Of a stretch of DNA of 64,000 bases, positions 1 through 11,935 are shown one piece after another. The stretch's first letter is position 1. Each line of letters begins with the position of its first letter. Below the pieces are notes generated by a model. The model was not told the DNA's origin and did not search any database. It saw nothing but the letters and a program-made list of their open reading frames with translations. The stretch is from Octopus bimaculoides (taxonomy: Eukaryota): NCBI RefSeq assembly GCF_001194135.2, contig NC_069001.1, forward strand, positions 30,252,889 through 30,316,888. The letters run 5' to 3'. The position numbers and the translations under genes are program-made.

Positions 1-1241
1 TATATATTATTTATTTATAAAGAAACTGAAAAAGATAAAGAGAGAATGATAGAGAGAAATAAATCGATAGATAGATAGATAGATAGACAGATTTGTTTTA
101 CTATGGTTTCCTCTATCGCTAATAACCCTCCCCCATTTCTCACTGATTATTTGCCGTTATCTCTCTATCACACACTCTCCCTCACACACTGACACACACA
201 CACACACACACATACACACACATATTCTAAGCCACCATGCAGTCCTTTTCTTTCTCTTTACGGCTCTTTCGCTCGTTCCGTTTGTTTCTCTAAATCCTAC
301 GTATTTGTTTTAATTTTATTCATTTTTTTTTTTCATTTTTATTTTCATATTCCTTGACTTGACTTCTCCTGACATTGCTTGATTTGGCTTTGTGGAGATA
401 GCGATAGATTTAAAGACATTAGAAGAATACAAACGGTAACTATTTTATGCTATTGTCTTATTCTAAAATGGTAAAGCTTATTTTCTTTTATAGTTCTTAT
501 AAATCAAAATCTTGATGGTTTTTAGAGCAATGTAGGTTGTTCTGCTAACGTTAGTAATGGTTGCTAGTGAAATTTGTTCAGTATGAATGTCGTTTATCAT
601 ATAAGAAACGCAACATATTTTGATAAGACGAAGACAAAATTGTTTAGTTACAAAGCTGAGGCATGTATCTCTCTGTGTCTCTGAACATGTATATGTTCCC
701 CTGTATGTATATATGTCTCCGTATGTATGTGCGTCTGTGTATGTATGTCGAACAAATTTTGTGTATCTCTGAAAGCGTGTATAAGGAGCGACATACAGCG
801 GAGAACTGAAGGCGGAAGAGTGGTAGGTGAAATCTTAATCATATTGTGTGCTGTATCAATCGGAATAAAACCATCAAAAACACACAAAAGGAATCTACGA
901 AAGGAAACATGAAAGACAACAAAGAAAAGAAAAGGAAAAACAACAAAGTATATGAGACGTTGTTTAGTTCTAACTAAACAGCATCTGTCCTCTTATGATT
1001 TAAAAACGTGATTTAGCGTGATTAAACGGGATTACATTTGATTACACGTGATTTACATGAAATCCATTGGCTGAGATTACTAAATAATGGATTTCATCAT
1101 TGCAACTATAAACCTTCTCAGTCGTCGTAATATTGTTATTGGCGGTTTAGGTTAATGGGTAAGACAAGGGGTGCACTAAAAGAGAGATTCGGGTATGATA
1201 GAAAGTATATTATTATTAATATTATTATTATTATTATTATT

Positions 1242-1476
1242 AAGGTGGCGAGCTGGCAGAATCGTTAGCGTGCCGGGCGAAATGCTTAGCGGTATTTCTT
1301 CTGCCGTTACGTCCTGAGTTCAAATTCCGCCGAGGTCGACTTTGCAGTTCATCCTTTCGGGGTCGATAAATTAAATACCAGTTACGCACTGGGGTCGATG
1401 TAATCGACTTAATCCCTTTGTCCGTTTTTGTTTGTCCCCTCTATGTTTAGCCCCTTGTGGGCAATAATGAAATAAG
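1242..1476 (+). mobile_element. tRNA-derived SINE, family A (A1 tail), near full length
   Basis: Head AAGGTGGCGAGCTGGCAGAATCGTTAGC (A-box-like), GAGTTCAAATTCC (B-box-like), central CATCCTTTCGGGGTCGATAAATTAAATACCAG, tail TTTGTCCCCTCTATGTTTAGCCCCTTGTGGGCAATAA. Near-identical copies at 16300 and 47460. Preceded by (TTA)n. Confidence 0.9.
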
Positions 1477-1601
1477 AAATGTTAGCACGCCGGGCGAAAT
1501 ACTTCGTGGCATTTCGTCTGTTTTTTATGTTCTGAGTTCAAATTCCCCCGAGGTCGACTTTGCCTATCATCCTTTCAAGGTGCATAATTTAAGTACCAGT
1601 T
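1477..1601 (+). mobile_element. Family A SINE, partial copy in tandem with the previous one
   Basis: GTTAGCACGCCGGGCGAAAT...GAGTTCAAATTCCCCCGAGGTCGACTTTGCC...AAGTACCAG starts directly after the first copy's tail. Confidence 0.85.
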
Positions 1602-1659
1602 GGGTAGAGAATGTTTAAAAAAACATAGGAAAATTATGAGTTTGTTTTAAAATTTGAGA

Positions 1660-2070
1660 TTACATAGGCAGTATTTTACGTATGATACGGGCAGTTCCCA
1701 TGAGCACTATGTTTTGAATTTCTACAATCTTGGGGTTTCCTGGTATCTGAGCTAGGTAGCTATCAGCTTCTCTTGCTATCATTCCTATAGCACCTATGAC
1801 AACGGATAATGTTTTAGTCTTCAGGTTCCATATTTAGCCACTTTCTTTCTCCAGATCTTTATATTTGCTCAGTTTTTGGCACGTCTTGACAGATACATTT
1901 ATGTCGATTTGGACAGTATTATCAATGAGGAGGCATGATTCTTGCCTTAAGTCTTTCAACATAATATCTGGCCTATTTGCATCTATCTATCAGTTTGAAT
2001 GGTGAAGTTCCAGTGGAGTGAGATGTGGTCATTTTGACATACATGACACGTTGGGAAGCTGCCATTCTTT
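1660..2070 (-). mobile_element. Decayed 3' end of an R4/Dong-type non-LTR retrotransposon (restriction-like endonuclease domain)
   Basis: Minus-strand translation: LHWNFTIQTDR..ANRPDIMLKDLRQESCLLIDNTVQIDINVSVKTCQKLSKYKDLEKESG*IWNLKTKTLSVVIGAIGMI...IPGNPKIVEIQNIVLMGTARIIRKILPM*. The RPD-x(12-14)-D/E and KxxKY pattern is typical of REL-type elements. Internal stop and frameshift. Confidence 0.85.
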
Positions 2071-2093
2071 ATTATTATTATTATTATCAGAAT

Positions 2094-2626
2094 AAAGGAG
2101 CCGAGCTGGCAGAATCCTTAGCACACGAGGCAGAATGGTAAGCAGCATTTCATCAGTCTTAACGTTCTGAGTTCAAATTCCGCCGACGTCAACTTTGCTT
2201 TTCATCCTTTCGTGGTCGATAAATTAAGTACTAGTGAAAAAGTGGGATTGATGTATTCGTCCAGACCCTCACCACAAATATCAGACCTTGTGCCTATAGT
2301 AGAAATAATTATCATTACTATTATTATTCTCCTTTCGGGCTCGATGAATTAAGTACCAGTGAAATACTGGAATCAATATAATCGACTAGTCTCCCTGCCA
2401 AAATTGTAATCCCTTGTGCCTTTATTAGAAAGGATTGTTATTATTACCGGACAAGATGCTTAGCGCTATTTCGTCCGTCTTTACACCGTAAGTTCGATTT
2501 CCGCCGAGCTTTTCATCCCTCTCAGGGTCGATAAAATAAGTACTGATTTAGCAGTAGTATTGATGTAATCGATTTACTTACTCCCGTGAAATTCCTGGTC
2601 TTGTACCAAAATTTGAAATCAATATT
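2094..2626 (+). mobile_element. Cluster of three tandem family A SINE copies (about 2094-2310, 2329-2445, 2446-2626) linked by (TTA)n
   Basis: Repeated GAGTTCAAATTCCGCCGA / CCTTTCG(G/T)GGTCGATAAA(T/A)TAAGTAC motifs. Tails CCTTGTGCCTATAGTAGAAA and CTTGTACCAAAATTTGAAATCAAT. Confidence 0.8.
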
Positions 2627-3655
2627 TTAGCCCGTCTGTCTTCCTGCTTACTTCGGCCGTGTCTTTAGGATTTACTATATAGAACCAGAGGCAGCACGAG
2701 TTTGAAAATAATTGATATTAGGAAAACCTTCAGAAGAAAGACTAATTAAAATCAGTATCTCCGCTGGTTTGCTGTTGATTGCTGTGATAATAATAACTGA
2801 GCATTTCAGAAATTCAAGAAAAATATTGATAAATTCATGTTGAGCTTTTTAAAGTGTACAAGGCAAAACATTTTAAGAATGGATGTAATAGGCGTTGGCA
2901 AGGCTCTGTGGCTACAATGCTCGTTTTGTTACCCTGTGGCTTCTGCGAGAGAAGACCATCGTGTGTGTGCACGTGCGTGAAGGCATGGGTGTGTGTGTCT
3001 GTATATGTGAATGCACGTGTTTCTGCGTATGTATGTCTGTGTGTGTGGGTGTATTTATACTGTCTTGCCTCTCCAACACTTAACAGCTAGTGGTATTTTA
3101 CTTGCCTGTAAATTTGCAACTCGTCAAAAGTAACTCGATAAACAACGTGCCAGTCCTACAAAATACGTATTAGCGCCGATTTTCTCCCATTGAACCCTTC
3201 AAAGCTGCGGTCAATGATAGAAAGAAGTTAAAGATAAATAATATAGCATATATAATAAAATCATATGAGAAGTCATCCATTTTAACCACTGCACATTACT
3301 CTGTAAAAGAAAAATTGATAAGAAGAAATTTTGAGCTTGATTCAATCTAGACAGGAACGCGAATAAAAATCACATATATTTGCTTCGTTGATGTTACCGT
3401 TTCTCCCAATAAAGAAATACGATATTAAATAGAAAGTCTTAGTATCTAGAAGAAAATAAATGCCAGTGATGTAGCTATTTCCCAAAGACACTTGTCAGAC
3501 AATACATAAACGACGGCTGTAATATAAGACAGAATTCATGCGAACAACCTGCTTTGGAAAACAAGTTGCTCACTTCATTATAAACTGTATACAATTTCTC
3601 AGAAATGTCTTGAATTCGTCCATCTATCTATCTATCTACCGTTAGATAGATAGGG

Positions 3656-3805
3656 ACAGGCGTGGCTATGTCGTAAGAAGCTTGGTTCCGGGTTCACACA
3701 TTCTGCATTGCATCTGGGGCAACTGTCTTTTATTATAGTATCTAGCCGACCAGATCTTTGTGACTGGATTTTTTAATTGGAAACTAAAGAAATCTAGTCT
3801 TATAC
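3656..3805 (+). mobile_element. Degenerate 5' part of a family B (CORE-like) SINE
   Basis: GGCGTGGCTATGTCGTAAGAAGCTTGGTTCCGGGTTCA...TGGGGCAACTGTCTT...GGAAACTAAAAGAA aligns with the family B copies at 20258 and 42998. Confidence 0.7.
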
Positions 3806-3844
3806 TTATATATAATGGATTTCCCCTCTCAGCTGCATGCACAT

Positions 3845-4232
3845 CTACAATATTTTACTCAGGTTTGCTCGTTGTGGGTCTCCTAGAACGTTCGTCGATA
3901 TCGATATTTTTCTAGCCATCTTGGAAAGGTCTGAAGCACTCGTATCCTTGTGTGAGACTCACACAAGGATACGAGGACTCATACACACCTCCGCAAACTC
4001 TTTCTCCAACTGTGCGTAGGCCTCTGAGCAGGTGTGCTATGACAGCTTTCTCTGCCATGGTAAGTAAATACGAAGCTCGCACGCGACTCACGTGCATTCC
4101 AAGTAGAACGTGAAACCTTATCGGACGTGCACATCGGAGTTCAAGGTCATTTGTTTTCCAAGCGGCTTTACTATTCGAGCTTTAGCTCGGTTACTATGGA
4201 AACGGAACCGATACTTATTCATAAGACATTAT
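3845..4232 (-). mobile_element. Mariner-like DNA transposon 5' remnant (TIR-like end plus transposase N-terminal HTH)
   Basis: Minus strand reads MAEKAVI../HTCSEAYAQLEKEFAEVCMS[20-nt insert]LTQGYECFRPFQDG*KNIDIDERSRRPTTS, matching the mariner motif W..RF..G...L.D..RSGRP. Terminal TATAATGTCTTATGAATAAGTATCGG resembles a mariner TIR. Confidence 0.75.
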
Positions 4233-4962
4233 ATAGTTATATATTCGTGTACGTACAGAGAAATAGATAAATAAATACATATATACATGCATACACAGAG
4301 CACGGAGAAACTAATATATGTGCACGTGTGTGTGTATGAGTATTTGGAGGAGAATAAATACTCCAAGCAGCAACAGAATAGCCAAAGTGTCTGCTAAAAT
4401 TCCCATTTTCAAAGCGAATATATAAAACTGACGAATACAATAAAATAGTACCGAGCATGCGCGCGCACGTATATAAATTTATTTATTTATACAAATACAA
4501 ACGTATCTATATATATATATATATATATATAAATTATTATTTATATAGATAGGGTGATAAATTGAATATTAATTCACTTTAAAACCAAGTGGCCTAGCAT
4601 ATTAAAAAATCTGAAAATTCAGAACAAATTGTATTGTACGTGTGTGTATGTATGTATGTATGTNNNNNNNNNNNNNNNNNNNNNNNNNNNNNNNNNNNNN
4701 NNNNNNNNNNNNNNNNNNNNNNNNNNNNNNNNNNNNNNNNNNNNNNNNNNNNNNNNNNNNNNNNNNNNNNNNNNNNNNNNNNNNNNNNNNNNNNNNNNNN
4801 NNNNNNNNNNNNNNNNNNNNNNNNNNNNNNNNNNNNNNNNNNNNNNNNNNNNNNNNNNNNNNNNNNNNNNNNNNNNNNNNNNNNNNNNNNNNNNNNNNNN
4901 NNNNNNNNNNNNNNNNNNNNNNNNNNNNNNNNNNNNNNNNNNNNNNNNNNNNNNNNNNNNNN

Positions 4963-5004
<42 letters not shown>

Positions 5005-5722
5005 TGTATGTATAAAGGTTAAAAAGTTTCCGACAAAGTGAAGATAGATTGTAATGAAATATAACTAGAAATCAAAGAGAAATTGCGTACGATGACACAT
5101 CCATGCTGTCACTCTATGAAAAATGTGTATGGCTTAACAGAAAAACCTAGTCATCGAGCTCCTTTAACGCAAGGCAATTTTTTTAATATTGAATATAAGG
5201 ACTCTTATGCGTCTTGGAAAACGTGATGTTTCTTGCTTTCATCCTTGTATTATGTCATTAAAAAGAAAGTTCGCAAAGTTGTTAGAAGAGTTTAATCGAT
5301 TTTATCGCTATTAATACTTCTCTGGTGTTTTTTTTAATGAAATATGATGGGCCTAAATACAAAGTAGTATCCATAAGTTTGAACTTGAAATGCAACGTGT
5401 TATAAAAGAAGAAAAAAAAAGCTGGCTTGATGTTCCAATGTATTTCATGCAAACAGAATTTCTAGCATGAAAAACGACAATAAATGTAACAAGAACTATA
5501 ATTTTCAAGAGAAAAGGTATTGCTATTAATATTGCTAATAATATACATACATGTATGTGTGTGTGTATATGTATATACGGCTTTTCAGTCGCATTTGATG
5601 TAGTCAAATGACATGCCCGATAATTAACTTAACGTTTTTAAACATCTTGGAACTGATCTGAGGTAGCGAATAAAGTTCTTCAGTTGATATCATCTACTCC
5701 TACCACATTACATAAAACATGC

Positions 5723-5785
<63 letters not shown>

Positions 5786-5994
5786 AATGTATGTATGTGT
5801 ATAGATATGTATGTATTGTATGTGTGTATTGTATCTATATATGGATGGATGGATGGATGTATAAAGAATTTTATATTTAATTGTTGAATATGTTCCCAGT
5901 AGTACGCCTATAAAGCACATTCACTGCGTATGGCTACCTCGTGTCATTCACCGTAATCACACAAGTATCACTGGATCTACCCCAGGAATTTTTG

Positions 5995-6970
5995 AGTGCT
6001 AGCGCTTCCGCCAGTTCGCCACCTTATACAATAGCAATAATAATTACAGTAATGTTAGTAATAATGAGAATGACCCTTTCTACCATATGCATAAGGCTTG
6101 AAAAACTTTGTGGCAAGGGATAAGTGGTCTACATTGATCCTAACATACTACTGGTACTTACCTTATAGAGCCCGAAATGATGTAATTTAATATCGACCTC
6201 AAATGGATATGAACTCAACACGTAAAGACGGACTTACTACCGCCATGCATTTTGACCGGCCTGCTAACGGTTCTCACAGCTTGCCATGTTAACAATAGTT
6301 ATATGCTTCTTTTCTTGATTGCTTAGCACAAGATTAGCAACATGGAGTGTAGAGGAATTCGGTCACATAAACAGCTTTGATCAACAGGTATTTATCTCAT
6401 CGACCCGGAAATGATGAAAGTCAAAGTCCACCGAGCGGTATGTGCACTCAGAACGGAATGATGGACGAAATACCGAGAGCTATTTTGTCCGGCATGTTAA
6501 CGATTCTGGCTGTTCACTGCATCAATAATAATAATAATAATAATAATAATATTCCTTTCTACTATAGGCACAAGGCCTGCAATTTGGGGAAAGAAGGAGA
6601 ACCCGAAAGGATGAAAGGCAACGTCAACATGGGCGGAATTTGAACTCCGAACGTAGCGATGGCGAAATACTGCTAAGCATTTCGCCCAGCGTGCTAACGA
6701 TTCTGCCAGCTCGCCGCCTTAATAATGATAATAATGATAATAATAATAATAATCCTTTCTGCTATAGGCAGAAAGCCTGGAATTTTGGGGGAGAGTTATA
6801 GTCGATTAGATCGACCCCATTGCTCAGCTATTACATATTTTATCGACTCCGGAATGATAGAAGTCAAAGCCGACCTCTGCGGAATTTGAACTCAGAACAG
6901 AAAGACGGACGTAATGTCGCTAAGTTTTTTTCTCGGTGTGCTAGCTATTCTGTCAGGTCACCACCTTCAT

Positions 6971-7005
<35 letters not shown>
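5995..7005 (-). mobile_element. Head-to-tail array of at least 4 family A SINE copies (about 6095-6290, 6332-6520, 6550-6720, 6752-6968) separated by (AAT)n
   Basis: Reverse-complement motifs GAACTC (B-box region) and GCTAACG(A/G)TTCT recur. (AAT)n tracts at about 6523-6550, 6721-6752 and 6972-7005. Confidence 0.85.
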
Positions 7006-7007
<2 letters not shown>

Positions 7008-7149
7008 AACCAAGGCCTACTAGCCCCACTAAATATTGGCCAGCACACTGGAATGAGAATAACACAAGCTTTATATAATGAGAACGATTTGAGAACGTGA
7101 AAATCATGAAAGCGGAAATTATGCACTTGATAGTCCAAACGAGTAAAGA

Positions 7150-7880
7150 ATTAAAACAATAATGGAAATTAATATTGCCGTACCAAGCTACCTCGAAAGA
7201 AATAATCTGAACGTTAAAACAGCAACAAAATGAACGCAGCTTGGACATCACAAACATAAATGAATAGAGATAGCAACATCTATAACAAAAGATTAAAGGA
7301 AATACTACACGAAACCTCCACTCTAGTTACATAGGAATATAGTTACTTCTCTGATCATACAATTCAGAAATATCATAAACTAAGCAAACAAACTGGACAT
7401 CAAACATAGAGTAAAAAGAGAGAATAGAAGAGAAAATATCAGTAAATCCATAATGAGATCAATACCGGCGCGACACAACCGAAAAAATTAAGAGACAAAC
7501 ACTACAGACACATGATAGAAAATATATCCAAAGGCAAAGAACGGATGAAACAAGAGATCCCCTCTTAATCGTAAACAATGTGTCACTATGAAAGGCGACA
7601 ACGCTTCTTTGAAACTAACCAACACTTCGACTCCAAAGGAAAAAGATTTTATCAACATCGAGATGAAAAATGAAACAGAAATCAATGCAGCACCAATGGC
7701 ATAAGAAATAAAGGAATTTTGTTGGAAAGTGTAGAAGCAGGGAAAAGTTCACCATTAATGAGAACGTTCAAATCACGGATGAAGTATTAATACAATATTT
7801 AAACAATCGTGGAAAAGCAGAAGAAAATGAAAGTTTACCGAAAGACCGCAAATGAAGAAAAACAACTGAATTAGAGAAAT
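7150..7880 (+). mobile_element. Decayed pre-RT region of an R4/Dong-type non-LTR retrotransposon
   Basis: Frame-broken peptides LDITNINE..ATSITK, KERIEEKIS, HYERRQRFFETNQHFDSKGKRFYQ and NAAPMA*EIKEFCWK resemble the conserved pre-RT region of R4/Dong ORFs (recalled similarity, not a search result). Confidence 0.65.
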
Positions 7881-8993
7881 GTTGGATGTCTATGTTAAGT
7901 GTTTTCCTCAGAAGTTTGGAACTTTAGCAAACATCTGGGAAGTTCAAGGAAGGTATATTAAAAAATATGCATCGTTTGTATCAAGGAACAGACGATACTA
8001 GCAATATTGCAAAAAACAACAACAAAGAATAGTAGCTAATAAAAAAAAAAATTTGCCAGGAGCCTACTGTTCGTTGTATTTTGTACAAATCCTGGACTTA
8101 TATAGGAAATCCTGGATTTATATAAGAAAACAAACAAGTATGTTTTGTAGTTATTGCTACCAAAGTACAACTGCAGATTTAGCCATGGAAATAAATATTT
8201 CTCTTTCAGTCCACTTTTAAACATATTTAGAGCAGTGGGGTTTTGCATTTGATGTTTCGTTTGTGCACGGAATGTTCCGTTTCGTTGAAAATATATGACA
8301 GAAGGACATAAGCTTGTAGGAGGTTCCGTGTATTACGTTCCAAGGATGATGGATAGAACATGAACTCGGACAACCCAAGGGCGCGGAAGGCGGAGAGATA
8401 CAAGTGGATCAGAGTAACTGGGTATGTGAAGGAACGAGATCAGACAACTCTGATTAGCGACAAACATAGAAACGATACAAAAAATGAGAGAGGTGTCAGT
8501 AAGCCCCAAACAAACAAACACCGGCAGCTGCGTATTACATGTTGATCATACGCAGCAAAGATTGTTCGTAACTTTGTCCAGCATAATTGGAGCAGTTTCA
8601 AAGTTTTTTTCAATTCATAACTTCGAACAATCTTGTAAGTCTTCTTGGTCTGTTTGCTTTCTCAGAAATATATCAGAAGTTTGTCTCCAAGAGGAACTAA
8701 TATATGGTGTTAAGACTGTGTTTTAAGATAGATTGCATTAACTATCATTTACCCTTCAATTGCCTTATATCAGGCATTTGGAGTCAATCTTCCGATCAAA
8801 ACAAGGAACTTAGTCTTTTTTTATTAATTTGTAATTGCTGATACCATTTCCCAGATGCTTCCTTAAACAGAATTGTCACTGTTATTTTGCCGATGAGAGT
8901 GAGGGTTGAGATTTGAGCTCATAAAACCAACTGTTAGATATCACCCCGACTAATGCTCTATCAATTCTCCCCGTCTATTTCGATCGACTTCGA

Positions 8994-9037
<44 letters not shown>

Positions 9038-9039
<2 letters not shown>

Positions 9040-9400
9040 AGGCACAATGGCCCAGTGGTTAGGGCAGCGGATTCGTGGCCATAGGATCGCGGTTTCGATT
9101 CCCAGACCGGGCGTTGTGAGTGTTTATTGAGCGAAACCACCTAAAGCTCCACGAGGCTCCGGCAGGGGATGGTGGCGAACACAACTTTTTCTCACTCTAT
9201 CTTCCTGTTTCTGTTGTACCTGTATTTCAAAGGGTCAGGCTTGTAACACTCTGTGTCACGCTGAATCTCCTTGAGAACTACGTTAAGGGTAGACGTGTCT
9301 GTGGAGTGCTCAGCCACTTGCACGTTAATTTCAGGAGCAGGCTGTTCCGTTTATCGGATCAATTTGAACCCTCGTCGTCGTAACCGACGGAGTGCCAACA
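9038..9400 (+). mobile_element. tRNA-derived SINE, family C, full length
   Basis: Head GGAGGCACAATGGCCCAGTGGTTAGGGCAGCGG with B-box GGTTTCGATTCCC. Body GAGAACTACGTTAAGGGTA...CTCAGCCACTTGCACGTTAATTTC is also seen at 16960-17045. Ends CGTCGTAACCGACGGAGTGCCAACA. Follows a (TG)n tract. Confidence 0.85.
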
Positions 9401-9651
9401 TGCATACATAGATATATATATTCCGATAGGGGGCAGGTCAAACTTAGTCCAACTTGAAATCAGAGTGCAGTCAGCTTGAACGATTCCCAGAATACATTTT
9501 ATAAAAACTTAGAAGAATTCACTTCATGAACCTAGTGGGGAGAAGGAGAATTATATCTTTTTTGTCTAATCACTCTGCCAATCCAAAACAATTGAATCAA
9601 AAGCACAAAACTCCAGTAAACTGAAATCCAGAAAGATGAAGTCCACATACA

Positions 9652-10149
9652 ATAACGACAGACGAAATTCCGCTAAGCATTTCGCCCAGCATGCCAACGT
9701 TTCTTTTTTCTGTACTACACACAGAGGGGACAAACAAGGACAGACAAACGGATTAAGTAGATTATGTCAACCCCAGTGAGTAACTGGTACTTATTTAATC
9801 GACCTCGAAATGATGAAAGGCAAAGGCGACCACGGCGGAATTTGAACTCAGAACGTTGCGGCAGAATAAATACCAAGCATTTCGCCCGGCATGCTAACGT
9901 TTCTGCCAGCTCGCTGCCTTTGCTTGCGTATATTCTTTTCTACTCTATGCACAAGGCCCGGAATTTTGAGTGAGGGAGCCAATCGATTAGTTCGAACCCG
10001 GTACACAACTGGTTTTTAATTTATCTACCCCGAAAGAATGAAAGGCAAAGTCGACCTCGGGGCTAATTTGAACTCAGAACATAAAGACTGACGGAATTCC
10101 CTAAACATTTCGTCCGGCGTGCTAACGTTTCTGCCAGCTCACCGCCTTG
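9652..10149 (-). mobile_element. Three tandem family A SINE copies (fragment 9652-9705, A1 9715-9920, A2 9930-10149)
   Basis: Three repeats of CATTTCG(C/T)CC(A/G)GC(A/G)TGC(C/T)AACGTTTCT and two of AATTTGAACTCAGAAC. Confidence 0.88.
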
Positions 10150-10159
10150 GGAGGAAAAT

Positions 10160-10400
10160 GATATTGCTGTTGCTGTTCTTGTACATGGTGGTGCTGCTAA
10201 TGTTGCAGTTCTTACTGTTATTGTTGCTGCTGTTCCTCTTGTTGCTGTTGCTGTTACTGCAGCTGTTTTTTTAATGCTCCTATTGCTGCAGAAATCGTTG
10301 TTGCCTCTGTGGACGTTGCTGCTGCTGCTGTTGTTGTTGTTATTGTTATTCCTACTGCTGCTCCTGTCAATATTATCGCTGGTGTTACTGTAGTTATTCC
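10160..10400. repeat. Degenerate (GTT/GCT)n compound trinucleotide low-complexity tract
   Basis: Runs of GTTGCTGCTGTT-like triplets. Confidence 0.8.
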
Positions 10401-11189
10401 AATTAATGCAGTTGTATCTTAATCATATAATCTCTGTCGTTATGTTACTTCTCTTTCCAGCACGAGAGAATTTTAACGCAGTTTCCTTTCGTAAGATTTT
10501 CTAAATTTCATTGTTGTTCTATTCCTTCATTTTGCTGAGGATGATGCTATGGTTGTTTTCTATTTTGTTGCGTTTAATTTTGTTATTGGCTTTGCAAAGC
10601 GTGTTGTTGCTTTTCACTAGATATGTGGCTTTTCTTGGCTTTTTTATCGCGATGCTCTTTTCTGGGAATCCTTTAAATGGCTAAATTCCTTTCTGAACCT
10701 TGTTATTCTAACCGCTATTTTTCTTGTACATCATCTCTTTCATTCTGCCAATCCCATCCAATAGAAACAAAAAGCACAAAATAAAGGACTCCAGTGAAAT
10801 GAAATCCAGAAAGATGAAGTCCACGAACAATAAAAAAAAATTAGAGACAAATGAAATAGAAGCATCATTATTCTGTCCGAAACGAAACGGTAAATGCAAT
10901 TTAAATTTCCTGCATGAAAAATTGAAAGAAGGAAACCTACAAAACAACCCCATTGCGTAATTAAATAGATTTGAACCCAAGAAAATACTGATACTCAGAA
11001 CAAGTACTTCAACTCTCAGTTCATATGAATTCATTAGCGAGATCTTCAAATCTCGCTAATGAATTATAAAAAAAATGTTAACATTCGTTTTTAAGTGACA
11101 CCCCTAATCTATGACAAAATTATTGTAACCCTTTTCGTATAAAGTCTCGAGGGAATATTAGGAGATTTATGTAACAAGAACACTTTATG

Positions 11190-11805
11190 ACTGGTACTTA
11201 TTTTAGCGAACCCGAAGGGTTGGAAAACAAAGTCGAACTTAGTGGAAAGATTGACTTAGAATTTCAAGAGACGGAAAATATTGCTAGGAATTTTGTCCGA
11301 CGCGCTAACAATTGTGGCAGTCAAAAGCGTTCGTCTACATAATAATAATAATTATTATTATTATTTCTTTATTGCTCACAAGAGGCTAAACATAGAGGGG
11401 ACAAATAAGGACAGACAAAGGGGTTAAGTCGATTACATCGACCCCAGTGCGTAATCGGTACTTATTAAATCGACTCCGAAAGGATCAATCGCAAAGTCGA
11501 CCTCGGCAGATTTTGAACTCAGAACGTAACAGCAGACGAAATACTGCAAAGCATTTCGCCCGGCGTGCTAACGATTCTGTCAGCTCGCAGAATATAATAA
11601 TAATAATAATAATAATCCTTTCTGCCACAGGAACAGGGCAGCAAAATTTTGGTGGGAGGGAACTAGTCAATTACATCGACTCCAGTTTGTAACTGCTAAT
11701 TATTTCATCAACCACGAGAGAAGAACAGCAAAGACGGCCTCGGCAGAATCTGAAATTAGAACGCAAAGCCAGACAAAATGGTAATATTTCTGCCAGTTCA
11801 CCACA
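11190..11805 (-). mobile_element. Three family A SINE copies (degenerate 11190-11330, A1 11362-11588, degenerate A2 11614-11805) with (AAT)n spacers
   Basis: 11362-11588 is a clear reverse complement of the 1242 copy. The flanking copies keep GGTACTTAT, AAAGTCGA and GCTAAC motifs. Confidence 0.85.
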
Positions 11806-11807
11806 TC

Positions 11808-11935
11808 AATAATAATGACGGTGGTTGTGGTGGTGGTAGAGGTGTGATGGTAAAGATAGTAATAGTAGTAGTAGTAGGAAGAGGAGGAGGAGGAGGAGGC
11901 GAAGAAGTGGGAAGAAGAAGAAGAAGAAAGAAAAA
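11808..11935. repeat. Compound trinucleotide microsatellite (AAT)(GGT)(AGT)(AGG)(AAG)
   Basis: Successive triplet tracts visible directly in the sequence. Confidence 0.85.

Noticed and set aside
1242-1330. SINE heads as tRNA genes (also 9038, 20258, 55229)
   Set aside because: A/B-box-like motifs are present, but there is no complete cloverleaf or acceptor stem and each head continues into a multi-copy SINE body.
5995-7005. Regularly spaced repeats as a CRISPR-like array
   Set aside because: The units are ~200-bp diverged SINEs with microsatellite spacers in eukaryotic DNA, with no cas genes.
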